Shown here piece after piece: positions 53,336-64,000 of a stretch of DNA of 64,000 bases. The translations under genes were made by a program, and so were the position numbers. The notes below the pieces were generated by a model. That model did not search any database. It saw only the letters and a list, made by a program, of their open reading frames with translations, and had not been told where the DNA came from. Source of the stretch: Octopus bimaculoides (lineage: Eukaryota); assembly GCF_001194135.2 (NCBI RefSeq), contig NC_068989.1, positions 94,914,541 to 94,978,540 of the forward strand, given 5' to 3'. Numbering within the stretch: the stretch's first letter is position 1; every line of letters begins with the position of its first letter.

Positions 53336-55344
53336 NNNNNNNNNNNNNNNNNNNNNNNNNNNNNNNNNNNNNNNNNNNNNNNNNNNNNNNNNNNNNNNNN
53401 NNNNNNNNNNNNNNNNNNNNNNNNNNNNNNNNNNNNNNNNNNNNNNNNNNNNNNNNNNNNNNNNNNNNNNNNNNNNNNNNNNNNNNNNNNNNNNNNNNNN
53501 NNNNNNNNNNNNNNNNNNNNNNNNNNNNNNNNNNNNNNNNNNNNNNNNNNNNNNNNNNNNNNNNNNNNNNNNNNNNNNNNNNNNNNNNNNNNNNNNNNNN
53601 NNNNNNNNNNNNNNNNNNNNNNNNNNNNNNNNNNNNNNNNNNNNNNNNNNNNNNNNNNNNNNNNNNNNNNNNNNNNNNNNNNNNNNNNNNNNNNNNNNNN
53701 NNNNNNNNNNNNNNNNNNNNNNNNNNNNNNNNNNNNNNNNNNNNNNNNNNNNNNNNNNNNNNNNNNNNNNNNNNNNNNNNNNNNNNNNNNNNNNNNNNNN
53801 NNNNNNNNNNNNNNNNNNNNNNNNNNNNNNNNNNNNNNNNNNNNNNNNNNNNNNNNNNNNNNTATATATATATATATATATATACATATATGAATATGTA
53901 CATGTTTGTGTGTGTGTGTATTTAAAGAGGAGAAGAGAAAAATGAGGGGAAAAAAAGAAACATAAGAAACAGAGAGAAACCAAGAGTAGGACCGGTGCGT
54001 GATAGATATGCATATATATGTGTATGTGCATTGTTTTATGCATGATGTGTTTGTGGCTGTATATATATATGCATGCACACACGAAGCACATGCATGTGTG
54101 TGTGCGTCTGAGATGTGTGTATGCACGCGTGCATGAAAGAAAAGCAATGGTTGAATGCATTCGAAGTTCGTGCGTGCGTAAACACACTGATTTCATTTGA
54201 AGAATAGTATGAAGAAATAAACCTCTGGCAACAAGCATGATTAGCACATCAGTTAGTTGATAACGTTAGTTCATGAAATATAAGGTAAAGTTAGTTATAA
54301 ATTCACATGGCATCGATATTTACTTCCTTGCCAGTCTAATAATTTTCTTCCATTTATGCAACAAATATTGTTATGCGAGTTACAACTGGTTTCAAGTAAT
54401 TGGTCTCTGTAAAACACCCACATGATGGAATAAGAAATGACACTACGGACTAATGAAAATATTTTTAGAACCTTTTTAAGGTTTTCTTACATGAAGCCAG
54501 CTGTGGCCCTCACGTCAGTAATTAATTGTTTCCTACCCATTAATACGATATATTGGTTGAGGTTTTTGATCGTTGATTGATGGTATTGCAGACATAGTAA
54601 CTTAATTATCTCAGCTGTACCCAAGGTGACTCCAGAAGCGTGTGCCAAGCCCTAACAACTCTCCGAAGGAAAGACAAGCCAACAGGCTTACAGCACCTAA
54701 ATAAGTTATTAGACGATTTAACAGAGCCGTTAGCCATGTCAGACAGAATATATTTTGTGGTGTTCACTCCAGCGCTCTACCCTTTCATTTCAAATCCCAT
54801 TAAGTTCGACTTTACCTGACAAACAGGACTCAAGTCAGGCTCTTTCCTCTACGGCTAAACCATTATGATTTTTATTACGTTTTATTAGGAAATACATGTA
54901 GAAGTGCCCCTCACCCCCAATAAATTCGTTCAAAAGTGAATGATAGTGCCGGTATAGCCCGGCTAAATTGATTTGCTCTAAGCATGTGCCAGGTTTCGTG
55001 TATACGACCTAAAGGAGCATTTTATTTTGCAATCATTTTAAATGCCGTACTCTGACTGCATTATTATGGTATTCTTTCTATATTATATGTAAAATGCACC
55101 AATGGTGTAGCAGTGCCAATAATACATGAGCGATAAGATTTCGACTGCTGCCTGAGGAGCCCAGAACGACAAAACAGGAAGGCAAGAAATGACTGCATAG
55201 AATTGACCAACCCAAAGTTGAATGCTATATTTACCATAACTACAAGGAGGTAGGAGCTTTAGGAAACGATTATGAAATACTCTTTGCATGTGACGCCGGT
55301 CCTTTGCAATCTTCAAGGCGAGCAATTCTGAAAAGCGGTGAAAA

Positions 55345-55500
55345 GTCGCTTACATCGATCCAGGTTCTTAATTGTTACTTTATTTTATCGACGCCGAAGG
55401 GACGAGAGGCAAAGTCGAACACGGCGGCAGGATTTTAAACTCAGAAGAAACCCTACGATGCATCCTGTCCAAGGTCCTAACCCTTCAGCCATCTCGCCGC
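55345..55500 (-). mobile_element. SINE family B, diverged
   Basis: TTATTTTATCGACGCCGAAGGGACGAGAGGCAAAGTCGAACACGGCGGCAGGATTTTAAACTCAGAA. Confidence 0.75.
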
Positions 55501-55929
55501 CATGTGTTATGGTTTACTTTCTGTTTTCTTACTTCTTTTCTATATTTTATTCTTGTTTTATATATTTGGGTGTAGTTTAAATTCCGAATAATTTGACTTT
55601 TGTTGCTTGTTTTGTGATCGTTAGTTACCTTTTCTTTGTGTATTCTTCATTTTAAGCCTACAATTTCGATTCCGATATCCCTTTATGCTCTGAAAATGTA
55701 TCGTCACGGGTTAGTTGCTCAGCTGGGATCCAAAGATGCCACGTTTAATTAAATCAGTGTGGTTTCCTGGAACTCTCTTCTAGAGGGAGTTCAATCTGGT
55801 CACTAAGAAAGCAAAAAGATTTTGAGTTAAGAAAGTTCTCGGTATTTGTGATGTGGTTGAGTTGGAATGTTGGTTGGTAGAACCGTCGATACATACCCGC
55901 AAGTGTGTGCATCTACTCATATAAGAATC

Positions 55930-56187
55930 TCAGATGACGAATTTTTGCAATGCCTTGCAAATCCTCTCTGTGTCCCTAATAGATTGGATTTGGGGAATCC
56001 GTGTCAGTTTCTTTTGCACTTTTTCCATGAAACCCAGTATTTCAAGGTTTTTGTGCAAACTTGCTGGTACATAATCTAATGCACCTATGATAATAGGTAC
56101 AAACGAGAATTCAAAGTCAGGGCGCAAGAGCTGTAAGTTCCGCATTAATTCACCATGAATATTCTCTTTTTTCATTTGATTGTGCAT
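55930..56187 (-). mobile_element. R4/Dong-like (restriction-like endonuclease) non-LTR retrotransposon, 3' fragment
   Basis: KKENIHGELMRNLQLLRPDFEFSFVPIIIGALDYVP...LEILGF...IQSIRDTERICKALQKF resembles the RLE C-terminus (K..KY.EL...L..L......PI.IGALG.IP). Confidence 0.7.
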
Positions 56188-56244
56188 TTATGTATGTATG
56201 TATGCATGTATATATGTATGTATGTATGTATGCATGCATAAGGT

Positions 56245-56407
56245 CGTAACCATGTCGTCAGAGCGAGCACCATGTACTTTAATTGCTTAGGATTCAAAGG
56301 TCCACAGATATTTAATACGTTGCCAAAGAGATCTACATGAGGTACGGGTAGAGGTTTTCAAGAAACAACTTAACCTCTTATTGTGCAAGGTCTCAGATTA
56401 ACCTACA
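56245..56407 (+). mobile_element. CR1/L2-group LINE 3' fragment, same family as 49790-51510
   Basis: FNCLGFKGPQIFNTLPK/RDLHEVRVEVFKKQLNLLLCKVSD aligns by eye with CNNLGFKAPQLFNILPQILKDMHGVAGDVFKTMLDLPLSRVPG. Confidence 0.8.
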
Positions 56408-56475
56408 TCTCAGATTAACCTACATCTCAGATTCACCTACATCTCAGATTAACCTACATCTTAGATTAATCTATA
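56391..56475. repeat. 17-bp minisatellite (TCTCAGATTAACCTACA)x5
   Basis: Five units read directly; units 3 and 5 carry substitutions. Confidence 0.95.
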
Positions 56476-56479
56476 TATA

Positions 56480-56600
56480 GATGAAATTTACAAAACACAA
56501 AAGACGAAGACATGTGTAGGAACAACAGGCAGTTATACTAGTTTAACGCTCGGGGAAAATGGAAATGTCTTTTTTACGTTTCGAGCCTATGTTCTTTGAG
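56480..56600 (-). mobile_element. Penelope-like remnant, degenerate copy of 35680-35830
   Basis: The reverse complement contains ATAGGCTCGAAACGTAAAAAAGAC...CCCGAGCGTTAAACTAGTATA, matching GTAGGCTCGAAACGTAAAAGAC...CCCGAGCGTCAAACTAATACA. Confidence 0.7.
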
Positions 56601-59574
56601 AAAAAAAGATTAAGGTTATGATGCTTTATTTATTTTTTTTATATTTACTTTCATCGCTTTATATTAGTATGTTGTTGTTTTTTTCCTTGGGGAGAAATTT
56701 GTTTTATGTATGATGAGCGCTCTTGATTCTCTCCCTTCCTCCACATTTGAATTAGCTTTTGGTTTACGACTTCAGTTCACTTTGCTGTGATCCATTTTAC
56801 CCTCCTCCACCCACCCACCCCCATTTTGATCGTTTAATTTGAACCTTTAGTATAGCGTTTACAGCGCCCTCCCGTTATAATTCTATGTAAACCAGCGTTC
56901 TTACTTCTAACGGTCACTTACTTGGCCATATAATATTATAATATTATAACTCGTAAGTTACCTCATCATTTCGCATTTGTCTTGCTTCTATATGTTGATT
57001 CCCTGAGGATAAATATATGTGGAATTCCAGCAGCTCTTACTTCTTTGGAGTAGATGCACATATATTTTAAAACATATGTAGGAATTAAAGGAACTTTTAT
57101 TTATATGCGTTTACTCCATTTATTGTTATTATATGTATATGTATATATANNNNNNNNNNNNNNNNNNNNNNNNNNNNNNNNNNNNNNNNNNNNNNNNNNN
57201 NNNNNNNNNNNNNNNNNNNNNNNNNNNNNNNNNNNNNNNNNNNNNNNNNNNNNNNNNNNNNNNNNNNNNNNNNNNNNNNNNNNNNNNNNNNNNNNNNNNN
57301 NNNNNNNNNNNNNNNNNNNNNNNNNNNNNNNNNNNNNNNNNNNNNNNNNNNNNNNNNNNNNNNNNNNNNNNNNNNNNNNNNNNNNNNNNNNNNNNNNNNN
57401 NNNNNNNNNNNNNNNNNNNNNNNNNNNNNNNNNNNNNNNNNNNNNNNNNNNNNNNNNNNNNNNNNNNNNNNNNNNNNNNNNNNNNNNNNNNNNNNNNNNN
57501 NNNNNNNNNNNNNNNNNNNNNNNNNNNNNNNNNNNNNNNNNNNNNNNNNNNNNNNNNNNNNNNNNNNNNNNNNNNNNNNNNNNNNNNNNNNNNNNNNNNN
57601 NNNNNNNNNNNNNNNNNNNNNNNNNNNNNNNNNNNNNNNNNNNNNNNNNNNNNNNNNNNNNNNNNNNNNNNNNNNNNNNNNNNNNNNNNNNNNNNNNNNN
57701 NNNNNNNNNNNNNNNNNNNNNNNNNNNNNNNNNNNNNNNNNNNNNNNNNNNNNNNNNNNNNNNNNNNNNNNNNNNNNNNNNNNNNNNNNNNNNNNNNNNN
57801 NNNNNNNNNNNNNNNNNNNNNNNNNNNNNNNNNNNNNNNNNNNNNNNNNNNNNNNNNNNNNNNNNNNNNNNNNNNNNNNNNNNNNNNNNNNNNNNNNNNN
57901 NNNNNNNNNNNNNNNNNNNNNNNNNNNNNNNNNNNNNNNNNNNNNNNNNNNNNNNNNNNNNNNNNNNNNNNNNNNNNNNNNNNNNNNNNNNNNNNNNNNN
58001 NNNNNNNNNNNNNNNNNNNNNNNNNNNNNNNNNNNTATATACATATATATAAACTCAATTTCGCGCCATGTGTATATACAGAGATGAAAGGATATTTGTT
58101 TGCGTATAAGGAATACATTTTCTTTCACAAATGTTATACTGAAGTTACGATCACCCTGGGCGTCTTGAGTAAGCAATTGGACTATACCAAGAATTCTATA
58201 TTTCTTCTGGTGGGGATGCCATGCTAGTTATTCAGACCATTTAATTGAAACTGTCGATGAACGATTTGCAAACATCATGGATATTACTTCTCCTCCCATC
58301 ACAAATGTATTAAAATTTAAGTAAAACATACACACAGACATACTTTCATAAATGTTCACACACGCTCGGAAACATACACACATTCATGGAAGGACTTACG
58401 TCAGTAATATATTTTCAATAAGCATGTTTTTATAACAAAAATGATAAGAAAGCGAAATGTTTTGTGCGGCGTCGTTCCTTGAAGACTGACCTGTAACTTA
58501 AAATTTCATTCACTATGTTCCAAAACCCAGTGGTTTTATTCGATATTTTTATTTTACTTATCACCGCTCATTCATAATCTTTCGACTGTCAATATTGACA
58601 GAATGCAATTACAAGTTTATAAAATCTGTTCATTAGACGTTATATAATATAATTTCAGATGAAAATGCAATACCTTCATGTAAAAGTGAAACTCATTAAA
58701 TGCAACATATAGGAATGCAAAGTACAAGTCTTCGTGGGAAATGAAATGAAAAAGGAAAAACTGAAGACGGAAAGATACCCGTCGAACTGACTGATATGTA
58801 ATGCTAAATCAATTTACTTAATTCAGTTTCACTACTGATAATCTAATCTAATGTTCTCTCTTGAAAGGCCATGGATATTTTAACGTAATCAAAACGAATC
58901 ACTAGATATATAACACAGCTCCATTATGTTCATTGATTTCTGAAAGATTTACTTTATAATCTTCATTTATGTAGGTGTTTGTGTTGTTGTTGTTGTTGTA
59001 GGGGTTTTTGTTTGTTTTTCCTTTTGTTTTCAGTTTGCTTTCAGCACAATTTACATATAAGCTATTACTTATCAAATATTACATTCGTTGATTTGCCTTT
59101 AAATATCACACTAAAAGCTTAATTATTTGTTATTAGAAATCTAATAACCACATCCGGAACGAATAAAGAATATTGCAATGCATCCGTTTCCAAATTAATT
59201 ACATATTAGCATCGTTGTTTTATTTCCGGTTTATATTAACACCATCAGTGCCACCTATCAAAATAATTTCAGCAATATGTGCGAGAATAACAAAGATTTA
59301 CTGCCTATTTCTATATTTGTTTCTTCAAAAATCGAATATGTGGCAGTTTGATCGTTTTAAGTACCGGTATCTAAATATGTCGGATAGGCAATTTGCTTTC
59401 CTTTCGGCGAACCAGTCGCAGCTTGCAGCGTAATAAAGAAGTATGTAATTTTATGCCATAAACAAATTAATTGCTCTTCAATAAGAAGGAAAACTGTCTA
59501 CACCTGTAAATAGATACATTTTTAAAATCGGCATTTGTATCTCTCACTTATATGTCTATCCTTTGAGTTTAACT

Positions 59575-59780
59575 TGCACCAGTCACTGAACTGCGGCCAT
59601 GCTGGGGCACCACCTTGAAGGATTTTTAACCAAACGAAGCGGTCCCTCCATACTTTCTCTATCGGTCTCTATTGGTCGCTTAGTCGAAGCAGAAAGTTAC
59701 GGGTACATAATGAGCCAACACAGGTTATCAAGCAGCGGTGGGACAAACACAACACACACACATGAACACAGAGATATGCT
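59575..59780 (-). mobile_element. SINE family A, 3' half
   Basis: CTGCGGCCATGCTGGGGCACCACCTTGAAG...CTCTATCGGTCTCT...CAAGCAGCGGTGGGACAAACAC. Confidence 0.8.
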
Positions 59781-59890
59781 TATATATATATTGTTTTCAT
59801 TTTTTGTTAGATGAAAAAGGTCAACAAAAACCAAGGCAGGTCGAGTATCTCAAGTCGTTTATAATAATTTAATTAGGGTAAGTCTTACAG

Positions 59891-59960
59891 ATGTTTCTGG
59901 GATATCCCAATTGATTGGCTAGCATGTCCGTACACTTGGTATTCCATCATCAGAGACAAG
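59891..59960 (+). CDS. Candidate coding exon, product unidentified (CFWDIPIDWLACPYTWYSIIRDK)
   Basis: Acceptor CTTACAG with a short pyrimidine tract, strong donor AAG|GTATGT, 70-nt open frame; no homology recognised. Confidence 0.25.
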
Positions 59961-60058
59961 GTATGTATGAAAGTTCCAAACAGGGACATTCACAGTTTAT
60001 AAGGAATAAAATAGAAGAATAAAGATTAAGAGTAGATAGAAGAAAACAGACAGGAGAA

Positions 60059-60207
60059 TATAGGAGTGGCTGTGTGGTAAGAAGCTCGCTCCCCAATCGC
60101 ATGGTTCTGGGCTCAGTCCCACTTGAGCAAGTGTCTTCCACTATAGTCTCGAGTCGACCAAAACATTATGAGTGGATTTGGTAGACGGAAACTGAAAAAA
60201 GCCCGTC

Positions 60208-60243
<36 letters not shown>

Positions 60244-60580
60244 NNNNNNNNNNNNNNNNNNNNNNNNNNNNNNNNNNNNNNNNNNNNNNNNNNNNNNNNN
60301 NNNNNNNNNNNNNNNNNNNNNNNNNNNNNNNNNNNNNNNNNNNNNNNNNNNNNNNNNNNNNNNNNNNNNGTGTGTCTGTGTATGTGTCTGTGTTTGTCCT
60401 CCACAATCGCTTGATAACTGATGTTGGTCCCCGTAATGTAGCGGTTCAGCAAAAGAAGCTGATAGAATAAGTATTAAGCTTACAAGGAATAAGTCCTGGG
60501 GTTGATTTGCTCGACTAAAGGCGGTGCTCCAGCATGACTATGGTCAAAGACTGAATCAAATAAAAGAATAAAAGAATATA
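60059..60580 (+). mobile_element. SINE family A, full length, with an assembly gap in its internal microsatellite
   Basis: Head TAGGAGTGGCTGTGTGGTAAGAAGCT...ATGGTTCTGGGCTCAGTCCCAC; CORE-like TTGAGCAAGTGTCTTC; tail GGCGGTGCTCCAGCATG...AAATAAAAGAATAAAAGAAT. Confidence 0.9.
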
Positions 60581-60584
60581 CACT

Positions 60585-60702
60585 TCTTTTCAGTTTCCGT
60601 CTATCAAATCCACTCGCAAGGCGTTGGGTCGCCCCGAGTTATAGTAGAAGACTGAACTCGGAACCATGTGGTTGGGAAGCCAGCTCATCACACAACCACG
60701 CC
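60585..60702 (-). mobile_element. SINE family A, 5' half, internally deleted
   Basis: CTTCTTTTCAGTTTCCGTCTATCAAATCCACTC...CTGAACTCGGAACCATGTGGTTGGGAAGC. Confidence 0.8.
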
Positions 60703-61224
60703 TGAGATACGGGAACGAGAATTTCCGGTAGAATTAGCCTAATACAATGGGACGTGGCTTAGCATTTAAATCACTGATACACTCCATTTGACAGGCTTCC
60801 GCCCAGCTTTCATCCACCCAGTTTCAGTCACAGTCTTTGGGTTAACCCAAGGCATCGGTGAGTGATGCTTGCCCAAAGTGGCACGGGATAGAATTGGACA
60901 TAGGACATCGTGATTGCAAAGAGAACTTGTTACTGCGTCTACACATATTTATATACTTTGTGAGATATTTGAAAAATGAAGTAGAGAACATTATTTAGTC
61001 TTCTTGTCAATCAAATCGAATGAACAATTGCAGTACAGTGATATTCATCACTAAGAGGAACAGTATGCCATTACATTAATAATATCCCTTTCGTTTGAGG
61101 GGTTTTTTAATCACTTTCTCATATATGTTCCAAATGTGCCTTCCATAAGTTTCCGTTTCCCAACCCCCACTGAATCACCCTACCCACTATTTATTTAATT
61201 TCAATGTTTAAAATTTCCTTATTG

Positions 61225-61630
61225 TTGAGCGCCGAATCAACCTTGATTAAGCAAGACCTATGACGAAAACAATTTGACCATCAATACTCGTCTTCCTTCT
61301 TTTCGGATATAGTGTATCAAAACCTACAATAACTAATGTTTCCTCTCTTTGTTTAAGATAGGAAAGTGTGAGTTGAGGGCGATTTTGGTACTATATATAG
61401 TAATAGATCGTGCGACCTCGTGGACGTGCCCTCATTATTTCACTTGTTGCTGTTGTGGGTTTTGCTGTTGTATAGCGCCCGCTCAGCCCTAGTAGAACAG
61501 ACTTATATAATCAAAAGTATTCCAGATTCGTCCACCGTGTCGTTTTAAAGCTATACTATATTATTCAATGGATCCTTTCCTTATTAAAGATGACAAAGTG
61601 TTATTAGGGAGAGATTTGATTGCATCCTCA
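61225..61630 (+). mobile_element. Two tandem diverged copies of repeat family D
   Basis: Both begin with TTG-rich sequence, then CAACCTTG/CAGCCCT..AGAC.TAT, and end with GTG.GA.TTGAGGG.GATTT. Confidence 0.5.
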
Positions 61631-61869
61631 TTACTTTTATTGTTTCCTTCTTCTATTTCAAGCATGGATCACTTGTCAATAAACTGCTGAAAATAAATAG
61701 GTTTTATGAAGGAATCCATTTCCAATTTTATTTCATTGGTTAATTATCTTGTAAATTACTCCATGACGTCAAACAAGAAGCTTCTTTCAGAACCAGCAAA
61801 ATCGACTACCGTGCATTTACAAACATGTTATGGAACTTCGTCATTGTTCTTCAAATGGCCGCAATCAAG

Positions 61870-62240
61870 ATGTGTTTATAACACTAGAAATCTTGGTCTA
61901 TCGTCATTTTTGTCTGAGTCTTCAATTTCCTGCTGTGTATCTCTGCTAATAACATCAAAATACCGGAGTGGTCTTCGCCGCCTATTAGGATGCACACATG
62001 TCATCAAAGTATAATATCCGATATGGTCTGTTGTTCAGTACAATAGAAGAGATGAGTACTATATGTCCATAAATCGCTTTGGTCTTCTGCACACGCCAGG
62101 AGATACTCTTGGCTAAGAGTACGTACCATCAGCGAGTGCTTTAAAAATACATTTTCTTTTAATCTCTTGTTCCCTAAGCGATATTTGACTTAACGGTACT
62201 ACAAACCGAAAGCTCTATTCTCACGTTGAAGAAGTGTTGT
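61870..62240 (-). mobile_element. RTE-X/RTE-clade LINE, 3' fragment, decayed
   Basis: With frameshifts: STVKS...KKM...LADGTYS...SISWRVQKTKAIYGHIVLISSIV...EQQTISDIIL...RRRRPLRYFDVISRDTQQEIED, matching STVES...LDGTYT...NISW..H.T...IYG..PP.S...ISD.LLW...RRPL.Y.D.I.RDT. Confidence 0.75.
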
Positions 62241-62519
62241 ATTCTAATTGGGTGAGTTATTTTTAGAATATCTAAAACTCAGAGTCGAGATTTCTGATGC
62301 CATATGCTTTTCAAACGTCGACCAATACCACAAAATATTTTTTTCTTTATTCTCAAATAAATTTCCTTTTTCACTTACTGTAATAAACGTGTGGCCTGAT
62401 CTCCTTCTATATTCTTTTAACTCTTCAAAACGTATTTGCAACATTCCAACAAAGTTGTCAACCAAATCCGGAAACCTCCAAAGCAGCATTTAGCTCTGAC
62501 GCTTATTAACAATTTGTTT

Positions 62520-62710
62520 TAGACGGCCAGCTGGTAGAGTAAGCATTCGTCCTGATTATTACATTCTACGTTCAAATCTCGCTGATGTCGATTTTACCTT
62601 TCACTCCACTGGGTCTAATAAAATAAAGGGATTAATGGGGTCGATCTTACCGACTAATTCATTCCACTCAAAATTGCTGGAATCGTGTCTAATTTAGAAA
62701 CCAAAATTAA
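62520..62710 (+). mobile_element. SINE family B, diverged
   Basis: GGCCAGCTGGTAGAG...ACGTTCAAATCTCGCTGATGTCGATTTTACCTTTCA...GGGGTCGATCTTACCGAC. Confidence 0.7.
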
Positions 62711-62749
62711 TAACTTGTTTCTATGAATATGAAGCACAAGACTTGTAAT

Positions 62750-62930
62750 TCTTGAGGGAAAGTTATTAGCGTTTTACCTTAACCTCAACACGTGGTTACT
62801 ACTTCATTTTACCAACCCGAAGAGATTAAAGGCAAAGTTATCTCGGCGGCATTTGAACTCATAATGACAAAGAGCCCGCACAAATACCACAAGAAATTCT
62901 TTTCGATGTTCTAACGATTCTGCCAGCTCA
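62750..62930 (-). mobile_element. SINE family B, diverged
   Basis: ACTTCATTTTACCAACCCGAAGAGATTAAAGGCAAAGTT..CTCGGCGGCATTTGAACTC...CTAACGATTCTGCCAGCTC. Confidence 0.75.
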
Positions 62931-63530
62931 ATTATACCCGATTATTGACACTTCGAATAATAAGCGAGATAACAACGACAAAACCTAAAACTTACGCTAC
63001 ATCTAAGTATTCTTTAAAATAGGAAAGACATCTGTGCATTTATAATGCCTGGTGGTTGTTAAAATAGTTTTATTCCTTTTATTCATGTTTTATACCATTT
63101 TCTAAATCTATTTCTGCATCTTAGTAATTTAGACGTTATAGAGTTTATTACATGACTCGCTCGGTGATGCTCACTTGTGTGTCATTTGTAAAAGAGTTCC
63201 TTTATCATGCATGATCGAAGACATTCTGTTTGTTGTGTGCTAATACATAATCAGGGCACTTTTATCCAGAAACCCCTAAGCACTAAGACTGAAGATTTCC
63301 AGGTTCATATTTTCTAAAATTTTCTTATTTTGCTTTATATATTTAGCTCTGTTTTGTTGTTTTTTTTGTTTTTTATTACTGTCAAATGAAAAAGCATCAC
63401 TTTTTGCTGAGGCTCCCTAAAATGGTTGAGAAACGAAGATAGAAAGCTCGCATCAATATTTAGTCTTAACCAAGGACCAAAGACAGTGAATGCTGGATGG
63501 CTATGGTGAGTCAGTATCGGAATGCTTTAC

Positions 63531-63594
<64 letters not shown>

Positions 63595-63595
63595 T

Positions 63596-63650
<55 letters not shown>

Positions 63651-63722
63651 CGTGGTGGTAATTGCTGTTGCTGCTGTTATTGTTGTTGTTGTTGCTGTGA
63701 TGGTAGTGGTGGTGGTGGTTGT
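63531..63722. repeat. (TAG)n/(GTG)n/(TTG)n compound trinucleotide repeat
   Basis: Direct inspection. Confidence 0.95.
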
Positions 63723-63724
63723 TT

Positions 63725-63985
63725 TGGCGGTGCTGAACCGCTAAGTTACAGGGATGTAAACATACCAACATCGGTCGTCAAGTGATCGTGGAGAGAGACA
63801 AACACAGACACGCAAATATACGACGGGCTTCTTTCAGTTTCCGTGTACCAAATTCACTCACAAGGCTTTGGTCGGCCCGAGGTTATAGTAGAAGATACTT
63901 ACCCAAGGTGTCACGCAGTAGGACTGAACCCGGAACCATGTGGTTGGTAAGGAAGCTTCTTACCACACGGCCACTTCTGCGCCTA
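63725..63985 (-). mobile_element. SINE family A
   Basis: GACGGGCTTCTTTCAGTTTCCG...CCCAAGGTGTCACGCAG...CTGAACCCGGAACCATGTGGTTGGTAAG...CTTACCACACGGCCACTTCTGCGCC. Confidence 0.9.
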
Positions 63986-64000
63986 TATATATATATATAT

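Noticed and set aside
55215-55325. Minus-strand candidate exon LLALKIAKDRRHMQRVFHNRFLKLLPPCSYG
   Set aside because: The apparent acceptor is the 3' tail of the adjacent SINE B copy.

Overview
This is AT-rich eukaryotic DNA, repeat-dense and very rich in microsatellites, with seven N gaps. The repeat families resemble those of octopus genomes as I recall them (inference, not searched). I cannot identify any protein-coding gene with confidence. The window reads as long intron or intergenic sequence, and most track ORFs are microsatellite or gap artefacts. Recognisable content: (1) dozens of tRNA-derived SINE copies from three families, plus two unclassified interspersed repeats; (2) decayed retroelement fragments from the CR1/L2 group (including a ~1.7 kb RT piece with YADD), RTE, RTE-X and R4/Dong; (3) an internally deleted Tc1/mariner element of the maT/DD37D type; (4) Penelope-like remnants, one carrying a minimal type I hammerhead-like motif. 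The most notable structures are that hammerhead motif, two long near-perfect hairpins (67 bp and 53 bp arms), inverted SINE pairs that could form dsRNA editing substrates, an 11-mer E-box array, a candidate recursive splice site, a possible bidirectional promoter near 3.0-3.4 kb, and several splice-site-bounded candidate exons, one with DEG/ENaC-like cysteine spacing. Element boundaries are approximate. Family assignments come from motif recognition without database searches.
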